Shown: positions 40,180 to 55,234, counted from the first letter of the stretch. The stretch is 64,000 bases of DNA from Eledone cirrhosa (GCA_964016885.1 OZ024744.1:114700001-114764000); one strand, 5' to 3'. The notes: generated by a model from the sequence alone, not told the origin. Program-made: numbers and translations.

Positions 40180-43100
40180 TGTAACAACACTGTCCCAGAT
40201 GTGGTAGCAGTACTGTAATGTGGTCTACGATGTCTGTATATAACACCACAGTCCCAGATGTGGTAGCAGTACTGTAATGTGGTCTGGGATGTCTGTATGT
40301 AACAACACTGTCCTAGATGTGGTAGCAGTACTGTAATGTGGTCTTGGATGTCTGTATGTAACAACACTGTCCAAGATGTGGTAGCAGTACTGTAATGTGG
40401 TCTGGGATGTCTGTATGTAACAACACTGTCCCAGATGTGGTAGTAGTACTGTAATATGGTCTAGGATGTCTGTATGTAACAACACTGTCCCAGATCTGGT
40501 AGCAGTACTGTAATGAGGTCTAGGATGTCTGTATGTAACAACACTGTCCTAGATGTGGTAGCAGTACTGTAATGTGGTCTAGGATGTCTGTATGTAACAA
40601 CACTGTCCCAGATGTGGTAGCAGTACTGGAATGAGGTCTAGGAAGTCTGTATATAACATCACTGTCCAAGATGTGGTAGCAGTACTATGTGGTCTAGGAT
40701 GTCTGTATGTAACAACACTGTCCTAGATGTGGTAGCAGTACTGTAATGTGGTCTAGGATGTCTGTATGTAACAACACTGTCCCAGATGTGGTAGCAGTAC
40801 TGTAATGTAGTCTAGGATGTCTGTATGTAACAACACTGTCCCAGATGTGGTAGCAGTACTGTAATGTGGTCTAGGATGTCTGTATGTAACAACACTGTGC
40901 CAGATGTGGTAGCAGTACTGTAATGTGGTCTAGGATGTCTGTATGTAACAACACTGTCCAAGATGTGGTAGCAGTACTGTAATGTGGTCTAGGATGTCTG
41001 TATGTAACTACACTGTCCTAGATGTGGTAGCAGTACTGTAATGTAGTCTAGGATGTCTGTATGTAACAACACTGTCCAAGATGTGGTAGCAGTACTGTAA
41101 TGTGGTCTAGGATGTCTGTATGTAACAACACTGTCCTAGATGTGGTAGCAGTACTGTGATGTAGTCTAGGATGTCTGTATGTAACAACACTGTCCTAGAT
41201 GTGGTAGCAGTACTGTAATGTAATCTAGGATGTCTGTATGTAACAACACTATCCCAGATCTGGTAGCAGTACTGTAATGTGGTCTAGGATGTCTGTATGT
41301 AACAACACTGTCCCAGATGTGTTAGCAGTACTGTAATGTGGTCTAGGATGTCTGTATGTAACAACACTGTCCTAGATGTGGTAGCAGTACTGTAATGTAG
41401 TCAAGGATGTCTGTATGTAACAACACTGTCCCAGATGTGGTAGCAGTACTGTAATGTGGTCTAGGGTGTCTGTATGTAACAACACTGTACCAGATGTGGT
41501 AGTAGTACTGTAATGTGGTCTAGGATGTCTGTATGTAACAACACTGTCCTAGATGTGGTAGCAGTACTGTAATGTAGTCTAGGATGTCTGTATGTAACAA
41601 CACTGTCCCAGATGTGGTAGCAGTAGTGTAATGTAGTCTAGGATGTCTCTATGTAACAACACTGTACCAGATGTGGTAGCAGTACTGTAATGTAGTCTGA
41701 GATGTCTGTATGTAACAACACTGTCCCAGACGTAGTAGCAGTACTGTAATGTTGTCTAGGATGTCTGTATGTAACAACACTGTCCCAAATGTGGTAGCAG
41801 TACTGTAATGTGGTCTAGGATGTCTGTATGTAACAACACTGTCCCAAATGTGGTAGCAGTACTGTAATGTGGTCTAGGATGTCTGTATGTAACAACACTG
41901 TCCCAAATGTGGTAGCAGTACTGTAATGTGGTCTAGGATGTCTGTATGTAACAACACTGTCCCAAATGTGGTAGCAGTACTGTAATGTGGTCTAGGATGT
42001 CTGTATGTAACAACACTGTCCCAAATGTGGTAGCAGTACTGTAATGTGGTCTAGGATGTCTGTATGTAACAACACTGTACCAGATGTGGTAGCAATGCTG
42101 TAATGTTGTCTAGGATGTCTGTATGTAACAACAGTCCCAGATGTGGTAGCAGTACTGTAATGTGGTCTAGGATGTCTGTATGTAACAACACTGTACCACA
42201 TGTGGTAGCAGTACTGTAATGTGGTCTAGGATGTCTGTATGTAACAACACTGTACCAGATGTGGTAGCAATGCTGTAATGTTGTCTAGGATGTCTGTATG
42301 TAACAACAGTCCCAGATGTGGTAGCAGTACTGTAATGTGGTCAGGATGTCTGTATGTAACAACACTGTCCTAGATGTGGTAGCAGTACTGTAATGTGGTC
42401 TAGGATGTCTGTATGTAACAACACTGTACCAGATGTGGTAGCAGTACTGTAATGTAGTCTAGGATGTCTGTATATAACTACACTGTCCTAGATGTGGTAG
42501 CAGTACTGTAATGTAGTCTAGGATGTCTGTATGTAACAACACTGTCCCAAATGTGGTAGCAGTACTGTAATGTGGTCTAGGATGTCTGTATGTAACAACA
42601 CTGTCCTAGATGTGGTAGCAGTACTGTAATGTGGTCTAGGATGTCTGTATGTAACAACACTGTCCCAAATGTGGTAGCAGTACTGTAATGTAGTCTAGGA
42701 TGTCTGTATGTAACAACACCGTCCCAGATGTGGTAGCAGTACTGTAATGTAGTCAAGGATGTCTGTATGTAACAACACTGTCCCAGATGTGGTAGCAGTA
42801 CTGTAATGTGGTCTAGGGTGTCTGTATGTAACAACACTGTCCCAGATGTGGTAGCAGTACTGTAATGTGGTCTAGGATGTCTGTATATAACAACACTGTA
42901 CCAGATGTGGTAGCAGTACTGTAATGTGGTCTAGGATGTCTGTATATAACAACACTGTACCAGATCTGGTAGCAGTACTGTAATGTGGTCTAGGATGTCT
43001 GTATATAACAACACTGTACCAGATGTGGTAGCAGTACTGTAATGTGGTCTAGGATGTCTGTATGTAACAACACTGTCCCAGATGTGGTATCAGTACTGGA

Positions 43101-45610
43101 ATGTGGTCTACGATGTCTGTATGTAACAACACTGTCCCAGATCTGGTAGCAGTACTGTAATGTAGTCTAGGATGTCTGTATGTAACAACACTGTCCTGGT
43201 TGTGGTAGCAGTACTGTAATGTAGTCTAGGATGTCTGTATGTAACAACATTGTCCCAGATGTGGTAGCAGTACTGTAATGTAGTCTAGGATGTCTGTATA
43301 TAACAACACTGTACCAGATGTGGTAGCAGTTCTGTAATGTAGTCTAGGATGTCTGTATGTAACAACACTGTCCCAGATGTGGTAGCAGTTCTGTAATGTA
43401 GTCTAGGATGTCTGTATGTAACAACACTGTCCCAGATGTGGTAGCAGTTCTGTAATGTAGTCTAGGATGTCTGTATGTAACAACACTGTCCCAGATGTGG
43501 TGGCAGTACTGTAATGTGGTCTAGGATGTCTGTATGTAACAACACTGTCCGAGATGTGGTAGCAGTACTGTAATGTAGTCTACGATGTCTGTATGTAACA
43601 ACACTGTCCCAGATGTGGTAGCAGTACTGTAATGTGGTCTAGGATGTCTGTATGTAACAACACTGTCCTAGCTGTGGTAGCACTACTTTAATGTGGTGTA
43701 GGATGTCTGTATGTAACAACACTGTGCCAGATGTGGTAGCAGTACTGTAATGTGGTCTAGGATGTCTGTATGTAACAACACTGTCCGAGATGTGGTAGCA
43801 GTACTGTAATGTGGTCTAGGATGTCTGTATGTAACAACACTGTCCGAGATGTTGTAGCAGTACTGTAATGTGGTCTAGGATGTCTGTATGTAACAACACT
43901 GTCCGAGATGTGGTAGAAGTACTGTAATGTGGTCTAGGATGTCTGTATGTAACAACACTGCCCCAGGTGTGGTAGCAGTACTGTAATGTGGTCTAGGATG
44001 TCTGTATGTAACAATACTGTCCCAGGTGTGGTAGCAGTACTGTAATGTAGTCTAGGATGTCTGTATGTAACAACACTGTCCCAGGTGTTGTAGCAGTACT
44101 GTAATGTGGTCTAGGATGTCTGTATGTAACAACACTGTACCAGATGTGGTAGCAGTACTGTAATGTGGTCTAGGATGTCTGTATGTAACAACACTGCCCT
44201 AGATGTGGTAGCAGTACTGTAATGTAGTCTAGGATGTCTGTATGTAACAACACTGTACCAGATGTGGTAGCAGTACTGTAATGTGGTCTAGGATGTCTGT
44301 ATGTAACAACACTGCCCTAGATGTGGTAGCAGTACTGTAATGTAGTCTAGGATGTCTGTATGTAACAACACTGTACCAGATGTGGTAGCAGTACTGTAAT
44401 GTGGTCTAGGATGTCTGTATGTAACAACACTGCCCTAGATGTGGTAGTAGTACTGTAATGTGGTCTAGGATGTCTGTATGTAACAACAATACTGTCCCAG
44501 ATGTGGTGGCAGTACTGTAATGTGGTCTAGGATGTCTCTATGTAACAACAATACTGTCCCAGATGTGGTGGCAGTACTGTAATGTGGTCTAGGATGTCTG
44601 TATGTAACTACACTGTACCAGATGTGGTAGCAGTACTGTAATGTGGTCTAGGATGTCTGTATGTAACTACACTGTACCAGATGTGGTAGCAGTACTGTAA
44701 TGTAGTCTAGGATGTGTGTATGTAACAACACTGTCCCAGATGTAGTATCAGTACTGTAATATGGTCTAGGATGTCTGTATGTAACAACACTGTCCTGGAT
44801 GTGGTAGTAGTACTGTAATGTGGTCTAGGATGTCTGTATGTAACAACACTGTCCCAGGTGTTGTAGCAGTACTGTAATGTGGTCTAGGATGTCTGTATGT
44901 AACAACACTGTACCAGATGTAGTAGTAGTACTGTAATGTGGTCTAGGATGTCTGTATGTAACAATACTGTCCCAGATGTGGTAGCAGTACTGTAATGTAG
45001 TCTAGGATGTCTGTATGTAACAATACTGTCCCAGATGTGGTAGCAGTACTGTAATGTAGTCTAGGATGTCTGTATATAACACTGTCCCAGATGTGGTAGC
45101 AGTACTGTAATGTGGTCTAGGATATCTGTATGTAACAACACTGTACCAGATGTGGTCTAGGATGTCTGTCTGGAACAACACTGTCCTAGATGTGGTAGCA
45201 GTACTGTAATGTGGTCTAGGATGTCTGTATATAACAACACTGTCCCAGATGTGGTAGCAGTACTGTAATATCATCTAGGATATCTGTATGTAACAACACT
45301 GTACCAGATGCGGGAGCAGTACTGTAATGTTGTCTAGGATGTCTGTATGTAACAACACTGTCCCAGATGTGGTAGAAATACTGTAATGTGGTCTAGGATG
45401 TCTCTATGTAACAACACTGTCCCAGATGTGGTAGCAGTACTGTAATGTAGTCTAGGGTGTCTCTATGTAACAACACTGTCCTAGATGTGGTAGCAGTACC
45501 TTAATGTAGTCTAGGATATCTGTATGTAACAACACTGTCCTAGATGTGGCAGCACTACTGTAATGTGGTCTACAATGTCTGTATATAACAACACTGTCCT
45601 AGATGTGGTA
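40180..45610. repeat. 59-bp satellite, about 92 copies
   Basis: Consensus gtaacaacactgtcccagatgtggtagcagtactgtaatgtggtctaggatgtctgtat. Confidence 0.98.
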
Positions 45611-45699
45611 AAATCTATTCTTTGAGAGCATCCTTTGCTTTGTATGGTTAAATTTTTAACTTATAATCCAAAATATCCTGCATGACATATTCTTTGGTA

Positions 45700-47432
45700 T
45701 GTTTTGTACTGAGTAAGGTGAAGTCAAAGCAGAGCTGTAATAAGTTCTTTTGTTAACACTAATGCACTTCAGGATAGACGATATTCTTTGGGGTTTTTTT
45801 CGGAACAAACGCAAAGAGATTATCTCGACTGCCAACTCGTGAGCAGGCAACGTAGAATTGTCCGTGCGAAAAGCAAGGTTCATCCAAGTGATTTCCAGCG
45901 ACGGACAGAGTTTGACCTTGCGACTTGTTTATGGACGTCGCAAAGGCAACAGGAAGGGGAAATTGGGTTCGGCGAAAGGAGAAGGGAGTATCCACGCCTG
46001 ATGTAGTCAAGCTAATTTTTGTTATCACATCCTCTCCTTTGCCACATCTGGATAGAATGGTAGCGTCAATACTAAGTGGAGACAGGGTTTTAACCACAAG
46101 GTGTGTACCATTGCATAGTTTTGGAGTGATATTTCTCAGCAAAATAACTGGTGTTCCCTCTTTCAGAACCAATGTATTAGGAGGTAAACCAGGAGGATTT
46201 AAAGAATTTAGAAATTCAACTGGATAATTGACTGCATCCTGTGGATTACATACAGTATCAATAGATTTATATATCCGTGGACATCCAGGAAGAAGCTGAA
46301 GAATCTGATCGTTAATACAGCTAACCGTGATATTTTTGGGTGCAAGAATGGATTCGCATAGCCAATCAGGATTCGTATAGTTATCACGCAAGTTCGGGAA
46401 TACACTCGCCTTTAGATCATCGACAGTTTCATCTACATTGCAGATATGATCAATTGCTATGTGTCCATCTGTATCCGGAGGTAGGTTACCATCTCCTATT
46501 GTAAGAATGTCTTCAGAAAATGTTGATGACAGAGGGTCCCGATGCAACCTTGCACGCATGTTGGTAGTTAGTCTTAATGATGTCACTTGTCGCCACAATG
46601 GTGAAGACTTAAGACATGCATTTACCGCATCTGCTCTTGTTCCTTTCGGGATTATAGGAAGAGTCTGTCTGAAGTCTCCTGATAGAATAAGGGTGTCAGC
46701 CCCCATAACATCACTGCAATCTCGTATGTCCTGCAAAGACCTGTCTAATGCCTCAAGAGCACCTTTCTGCGCCATTGTGCACTCATCCCAAACAAGAAGG
46801 TGACACCTTCGCAGCAGATGAGCCCTTTCGGAGTTTTTGGTAATATGACAAGTAGGAGTTTCCAATTTTGCCAAATCGAGGGGTAATTTAAAAACTGAAT
46901 GTGCCGTCCTTCCAGCAGGGAGCAAAGTTGCTGCCTTTCATATTTTTGGACTGTCTCTGCAGCTCGTGCTGCAGCAGTTGCTTTAGCATTATTGGTTTGC
47001 CGCACTAACCGACGCTCAGCGGCGGACAAAGATGTTGCAATAACTGTACTCACCGCATTTAGTAATTGTCTATTTTCGGTTATCGGCGGAGCATCATTTA
47101 CACACATTGTTTTCTTCGACCGATAGCCAATATGTGCATACTTTCTTTTACAGGGCATATTTGGTGAAAAGGTTATCTCCCTTTTTTATAAGGATTTTCA
47201 ATGAAGTTTGTTATCTCCTTACATCAATTTTTCTACCAATAATTTTGATATCGATTTTTTATTGCTCAACGTGGGTCGATTTGAAAAATGTTTGTGATGT
47301 GACAATCTTAGCGACCTGTGCAATGTGCCCAGAAAATTTGGTCAAAGTCAGTTGGTAATTGTGAAAGCCTTATGCATGCAAAGTTGTACACAGACACACA
47401 CACATCCTCACTTTTATATATATATATAAAGA
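45700..47432 (-). mobile_element. Internally deleted Helitron (3' end not identified, so lower boundary approximate)
   Basis: 5' terminus A|TCTTTATATATATATATAAAAG at 47432; RepHel-like N-terminus 46935-47158 joined to a Pif1-family helicase. Confidence 0.85.
45759..46934 (-). pseudogene. Helitron Pif1-like helicase C-terminal part
   Basis: GRTAHSVFKLP, WDECTM, GDFRQTLPI, LCNGT, QFP..AFATSINKSQGQT, FSHGQFYVACSRV; Walker A absent. Confidence 0.92.
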
Positions 47433-47846
47433 TATATATATATATACATATATATACATACATACGTATATATATATACATATATATACATACATACGTA
47501 TATATATATACATATATATACATACATACGTATATATATATACGTATATATACATACGTATATATATATACATATATATACATACATACGTATATATATA
47601 TACATATATATACATACATACGTATATATATATACATATATATACATACATATACATACATACATATACATACATACATATACATATATATATACATACA
47701 TACATATACATATATATACATATACATACATACATATACATATATACATACATATATACATATATATATACATACATATATACATACATATATACATACA
47801 TATATACATACATATATACATACATATATACATACATATATACATA

Positions 47847-47882
<36 letters not shown>

Positions 47883-48110
47883 CATACATATATACATACA
47901 TATATACATACATATATACATACATATATACATACATATATACATACATATATACATATACATACATATATATATATACATACATATATATATACATACA
48001 TATATATATACATACATACATATATATATATACATACATATATATATACATACATATATATATACATACATATATATATACATACATATATATATATACA
48101 TACATACATA

Positions 48111-48150
<40 letters not shown>

Positions 48151-48362
48151 CATACATGTATATAAACATACATATATATATATACATACATAAACATACA
48201 TATATATATACATACATATATACATACATATATACATACATATATATATACATATATACATACATACATATATATATACATACATATATATATACATACA
48301 TACATATATACATATATATATACATACATACATATATACATATATATATACATACATATATA
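47433..48362. repeat. (TACA/TA)n tract
   Basis: Directly visible. Confidence 0.97.
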
Positions 48363-50113
48363 CACGGAAAAAGTAATAGCGCAACTAATCAGAGAGAGAA
48401 TTGACCTAGATGAAATGCAGTTCGGGTTTGTGTCAGGCAAAAGCACCACAGACGCTCTTTTCATAGTACGACAACTACAGGAGAAGTACCTAGCTAAAGG
48501 TAAACCCCTCTACTTAGCTTTTGTCGACCTGGAGAAAGCCTTCGACAGAGTCCCCCGCTCCATTATCTGGTGGGCTCTTAGAAAACTAGGCGTTGACGAA
48601 TGGCTTGTGAGGGCTATACAAGCCATGTATAAAGAAACAGTCAGCAAGGTTAGAATTAACAACGAATATAGTGAAGAGTTTAGCGTAAAAGTTGGCGTCC
48701 ATCAGGGCTCTGTTCTCAGCCCCCTACTATTTATTATTGCCCTTCAGGCTATAACAGAGGAGTTCAAGACAGGCTGCTCATGGGAACTCCTATACGCAGA
48801 CGACCTGACACTCATAGCGGAATCAATGGCCGAGCTAGAGAAGAAATTCCAAACATGGAAGCACGGCCTAGAATCAAAAGGCCTTAAAATTAACCTGGCT
48901 AAGACTAAAGTTCTAGTTTGTAGGAAAGAAAATAAGGCGGCAGTCCCATCTGGGAAATGGCCATGCTCAGTGTGTAGGAAAGGCGTAGGTAGAAACTCCA
49001 TTTTATGTCCCAAATGCAAAGTATGGGTGCATAAAAGATGTAGTGGGATCACAGGTAAGCTAACTAAGAACATAGATTTTACATGTGGCCGGTGTTCTGG
49101 TGCAATAAGTAGCAGCAAGTGCCCACAAAATACTAGCTCTTTCAATTGCGCAGAGGGTTCTATAGAAATAGTGGACAGCTTCCGTTACCTGGGCGATAAA
49201 ATCAGCAGTGGGGGAGGGTGCTCTGAAAGTACTGTAGCTAGAGTCAGAACTGGTTGGAAAAAGTTCAGAGAGCTTATACCACTATTAGCTGCTAAAGGGT
49301 TCTCCCTAAAAATGAAAGGCAGGTTGTACGATGCCTGCATACGAACAGCAATGTTGCATGGCAGTGAGACCTGGGCATTGTGTGCAGAGGATATACGCAG
49401 ACTCGAGAGGAACGAAGCTTGCATGCTCCGCTGGATGTGTAACAGTAATATACGTGAACGGCAAAGCATAAATGAACTAAGGAAAAAATTAGAGATAAGA
49501 GGGATCAGATGTTGTTTACTCGAGAGAAGGCTACGTTGGTATGGACACGTGATGCGCATGAAAGTCGATAGCTGTATAACAAAGTGCAGGGCAATAAAGA
49601 TAGACGGTAGCCACGGAATAGGCAGACCTAGAAAAATCTGGGATGAGCTGATAAACTCCGACCTCACACACTTACACCTCTCCAAGACAATGTCACTGGA
49701 CCGAGACCTTTGGCGGTACTCAGTAACAGAGAAGACCCGCCTTGCCAGTAGGCATCTCTAACAAAATACACCCCGTCCCGCCACCACCCCCACCCCATCC
49801 ACACCACCCCGTTCTATGTAAAGCTATGTTGGTGCCGCGCCATCCAGGCCGAAACAAATGAGATCGTGTAGGTGTCACGACAAAAAAACACACAGTCCAC
49901 GCTGTATTGTGGCCGTGTAGGCAACACGGTAAAAACCTCCCAGACCCACACTGTAAATGTGGTTGGTGTTAGGAAGGGCATCCAACTGTAGAAAACCTGC
50001 CAGACAGTCCTATGCGAGCAAGACAATCACTCTTGCCTCAAGTGGGACTACCCCCGTCCAAACCCATGCAAGCGTGGAACACGGACGTTAAACGTTGATG
50101 ATGATGATGATGA
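48363..50113 (+). mobile_element. Family C copy 6, 5'-truncated
   Basis: ORF 48415-49761 with RT, PHD-like finger and RLASRHL end; UTR and GAT tail. Confidence 0.95.
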
Positions 50114-50148
50114 TATATATACATATATATATATACATATATATATAC

Positions 50149-50197
<49 letters not shown>

Positions 50198-50210
50198 CAT
50201 ATATATATAC

Positions 50211-50277
<67 letters not shown>

Positions 50278-50308
50278 CACATATATATATATACACATAT
50301 ATATATAC

Positions 50309-50339
<31 letters not shown>

Positions 50340-50646
50340 CATATATATATATACATATATATATATACATATATATATATACATATATATACATATATAT
50401 ATACACATATATATATACATATATATATATATACATATATATATACACATATATATATACACATATATGTTTGTTTACAAACGAACAAAGCGACGTTAGC
50501 GCCGCTAAACTGATACGTGCATATATGTATGTGTACCTGTATGCATATGTATGTATATATGTATATATATATATATATGTGCATGCTACTGTACGTCTGT
50601 ATACATATATGTATGTACGTATACATGCATACTTATATATATATGC

Positions 50647-50677
<31 letters not shown>

Positions 50678-50733
50678 TATATACATACATATATATATAC
50701 ATATATATATACATACATATATATATACATACA

Positions 50734-51341
50734 TGGTGGCTGCCAACTCGTTTTCGAGTACGGCCACTACTTTATATCCATGTAGGAGAACCTCTACTGA
50801 TGCGCTGAACGAGTGACTTTTTAGTCCAGCCAGCGACTTGAAAACTCTGGTACAAACACTACACTTATGACAATTATTGACACATAGTGCTGGGCCCATG
50901 GTACCATGTCACGACAAGTGCAGAGAGATCTCCAGATATAAAGCAATGCCTGTGCCGTGAAGCTTTTATAGTGAGCAAAGGCACTGCACAAAGCCAGTCC
51001 CACTCTCTTAACCAAGATGATATTTACCAGAAATAAGAACAAGTCAACATCATTGGATACCATCAGAGTTGCAGGTGTTATATCAGAGTTTTCCTTCTCC
51101 TAGAATTCTGCCTTGACAAAGGCTAAGGGGTCATCTCTCCCGGTGATTTTGGATGGCCATTGACTCTTAAGAGCTCCTTTGCCCTTTGACAGGTTTTGTT
51201 TTTTAGTCCTGCAGGATGTCCAAAGTCACCCTCCTCACCAAGAAACCTTTGTGGGGTTGCCAGTTTAGTCGCCAACGACCCGACCATGAGACAGGTTGTA
51301 CTGGCATACATGTTACCAGTAGCACCAACTGGTGACCTGAC
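50734..51341 (-). mobile_element. Family D copy 3, full length
   Basis: Reverse complement of 32312-32920. Confidence 0.9.
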
Positions 51342-51801
51342 ATATACATACATACATATATATATACATACATATATATATATACATACATATATACATA
51401 CATACATATATACATACATACATATATATATACATACATATATATATACATACATATATATATATACATACATATATATATATACATACATATATATATA
51501 CATATATACATACATATATACATATATACATACATATATACATATATACATACATATATACATATATACATACATATATACATACATATATATATACATA
51601 TATACATACATATATACATACATATATATATACATACATATATATATACATACATATATATATACATACATATATATATACATACATACATACATATATA
51701 TACATACATATATACATACATACATACATATATATACATACATATATACATACATACATACATACATATATACATACATATATATATGTATACATTTATA
51801 C

Positions 51802-51832
<31 letters not shown>

Positions 51833-52023
51833 CATATATATATATACATATATATATATATATGTATATATATGTGTGTTTGTGATTGATGTGTGTGATT
51901 GTATGCATGAATGAGTGTTGGTATGTGTGGCGTGTGTGTGGTTGTGGTTTGTATGCATGAGTATTGGTGTGTGAGTGTTTGTGTGTGTGTCGTGTCAATA
52001 AGTTTTTTTTTTTTTTTTTTTTT

Positions 52024-55000
52024 AATGACCATGCTGTAAAATGGAGGGGTAGAGAGGGCCCTTGAGTCTAGTAAGACATCCTCTCTAGTGCTGGTGGCAC
52101 AAATAAAAGCACCCAGTCCATGCTGTAAAGTGGCGCTGGTGTTAGGAAGGGCATCCAACCAGTGTATCAATGCCAAAGCGATTATCAGCACAGCAACAAA
52201 ACAGCATAGGAACAACAACAAAATATGAAGACGTCGCATCTCAGAGTTGCAACACTTAATGTTGGCATTCTCAGAGGTAGATCTGCTGAAATAGCGGAGA
52301 TGCTGGAGAGAAGGCAGGTGGATGTGTGCTGCGTGCAAGAGGTGAGATGGAGAGGTGCCTCTGCGAGACTAGTCGTAGGCAAGCGTCTTAGCTATAAGCT
52401 ATTCTGGGTAGGTAAGGATGATGGGTTAGGGGGAGTAGGCATTTTCCTGGCTGAGAAATGGATCAATAAGACAATAGAGGTAGTTCGAGTTAGTAATCGA
52501 ATAATTAAGCTTAGATTAGTTGTAGGTAGGAGACTACTGACAATCATCTCGGTCTATGCTCCCCAAGCAGGCCTAGGCAAAGATGAGAAAGACTGCTTTT
52601 ATGAGCAACTTTTGCAAACAACCACAATGACAGAGGACGGAGACATCGTTATCCTAGCAGGAGACTTCAATGGTCATGTTGGACAGCTCCAGGATGGTTA
52701 CACTGGGGTACATGGTGGGCACGGTTACGGTTCAAGAAATGAAGAAGGAGTGAGACTTCTTGAATTTTGTGATGCGAGTACATTGACTATTTGCAACACA
52801 AACTTCCAGAAACCTGCCAATCACCTAATAACCTACAAATCTGGTGAGCACATAAGCCAGATTGACTTCCTGCTAGTTAGGCAGCGGGACAGGCAGATAG
52901 TGTCTAATACCAAGGCATACCCTGGGGAAGAATGTACCCCACAGCATAGGTTAGTTGTTAGTGATATCTCAGTAAGCAAGAGATGGAATGAGACATATAG
53001 GAAGGTGTGGAGAAGAAAGGTCTGGAAGCTAAAAGACCTTTCACTAAAATACAAATTTAGGAAAGCCCTTCAAGATGTATATGACGAAAAAGAAGACGAT
53101 TTAGAGACGTATGACATAGATAATAACTACTGATGAAACCTGTGGCTGGAGCAGAGCTCCAACCAGACAGAGAGTGACCTGGTGGTGGAACAGCACAGTA
53201 GATAAGGCTATTAGAGACAAAAGACTAGCATGGAAGGCTTGGAAAAAGGGTGGGAGTTGGGAAGAATATACAGCCACTAAGAGAGAAGCTAGACGTCAGG
53301 TGTACTTAGCACGCAGGGAGGCAGAGATTAGGAGGTTTGCCAATGTTCTGCGACGGGAAGATCAGAGGCGTGCGGTGTTCCACATTGCAAGGCAGTGTGT
53401 CGATGCAAATCAGGATGTTGTTGGAGATAAATGTGTCCGGGATGATGCCGGTGTACTTAGTGTCACGAATGACGAGAAAAAGGAGGCCTGGAAATGTCAT
53501 TATGAGAGACTGATGAATGTGGAGAACGAATGGGAGAGAGAGAAATTACTCTTGGTAGATCCGACAGAGGGACCAGCTATTGAGATTGACGAAGATAGGG
53601 TCCAAGAGGCGATTAGGGAAATGAAAAATGGTAAGGCGGCCGGACCATCGGGAATGGTTGCTGAGATGCTGAAGGCATCAGGGGACGTAGGCACTAAACT
53701 GGTTGCACGCATCATCAATCAGGCTATATATGGTGGTGTCATACCCAAAGACTGGTGCAGCAGTATTCTCATAAATTGCTACAAAGGTAAAGGGGATGCT
53801 TTGGAGAGGAGCAATTATAGGGGTATAAAACTGATAGATCAGGTTATGAAAGTGGCAGAAAGGATTTTAGCACAACTAATTAGAGAAAGGGTCAAACTAG
53901 ATGAGATGCAGTTTGGTTTTGTGCCTGGGAAGAGTACAACAGATGCCCTCTTCTTGGTGAGACAAATGCAAGAGAGGTTCTTAGAGAAGAATAAGCCACT
54001 ATACTTAGCCTTTGTTGACCTAGAGAAGGCCTTTGATAGGGTACCCCGATCTGTCAGCTGGTGGTCCCTAAGGAAGCTAGGTGTTGAGGAATGGCTTGTG
54101 AGTACAGTGCAAACTTTGTACAGAGGTACTCTCAGTAAAGTCAGGGTAGGAATGGAGTTTAGTGAGGAATTCCAGATACAAGTAGGAGTACATCAGGGTT
54201 CGGTCCTCAGCCCACTCTTGTTCATTATAGTCCTCCAAGCCATAACAGAGGAGTTTAAGACTGGCTGTCCATGGGAACTTCTCTATGCTGACGATCTGGC
54301 TCTTATAGCAGAATCAGTAGGGGAGCTAGAGAATAAATTCCGGCTATGGAAACAGCAGTTGGAAGCAAGAGGACTGAGAGTAAATCTAGCTAAGACAAAA
54401 GTGTTGATGAGTACAAAAGAGGACAAAACCCTGATTCCGTCAGGGAAATGGCCATGTTCGATATGCAGAAAAGGAACTGGCATAAATTCTATAAAATGCA
54501 CACAATGCAGGTCCAGGGTACACAAGAGATGTAGCGGGATAGCAGGCAAACTAACAGGTAGGGAGAAATATGTATGCAGTAGATGTACAGGGAAATTAGA
54601 CAGTAGAAGTCGCACTGATAGACACATTTTTCAAATGCGAGAGGGCGCTATAGAAGTGGTGGATAGCTTCCGGTACCTAGGAGATCAGATTAGCATGGGA
54701 AGAGGGTGTTCCGAGGCCATAGTATCTAGAATAAGGACGGGTTGGAAGAAGTTTAGGGAGCTGCTTCCTCTGTTGACGAAGAAGGGTTTCTCCCTGCGTA
54801 CGAAAGGCCGGTTGTATGATGCCTGTGTGAGGAGCGCGATGCTGCATGGTAGTGAGACATGGGCAGCAACCGCAGAGGATATGCGACGGCTGGAGAGAAA
54901 TGAGGCAAGCATGCTCCGTTGGATGTGCAGTGTACATGTGCGTGAACGACCCAGCATAAATGTGTTGAGAGAGAAACTGTGTCTGAGAGGGATAGAATGT

Positions 55001-55234
55001 AGTGTACGGGAGAGGAGACTGAAGTGGTATGGACATGTGATGCGCATGGAGGATGACCGATGGGTGAAGAAGTGCCAGGAAATGCCAGTTGAAGGAGGTG
55101 GTGAGAACAGACCTCAGATCATTGAAGCTCACGGTGGAGATGACGAGGGACCGTGACGAGTGGAGAGATGCTGTGCTGAATAAGACCCGTCCCACCCTTG
55201 CAAGCAGGGAAAAGCGGACATAAAATGGTGATGA
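52024..55234 (+). mobile_element. Near full-length RTE LINE family A (APE-RT-PHD), disabled by two small deletions
   Basis: About 200-bp 5'UTR; ORF 52225-53133 APE (TLNV, VQEVRW, YAPQ, GDFNGH); ORF 53174-55156 RT; compared with copy 1 it lacks 32 bp at about 53128 and 38 bp at about 55096. Confidence 0.95.

Noticed and set aside
40180-45610. CRISPR-like regular array
   Set aside because: Contiguous 59-bp units without unique spacers, no cas genes, eukaryotic context
52024-52090. Twister ribozyme at the family A 5' end
   Set aside because: Lacks the conserved P4 loop and pseudoknot pairings
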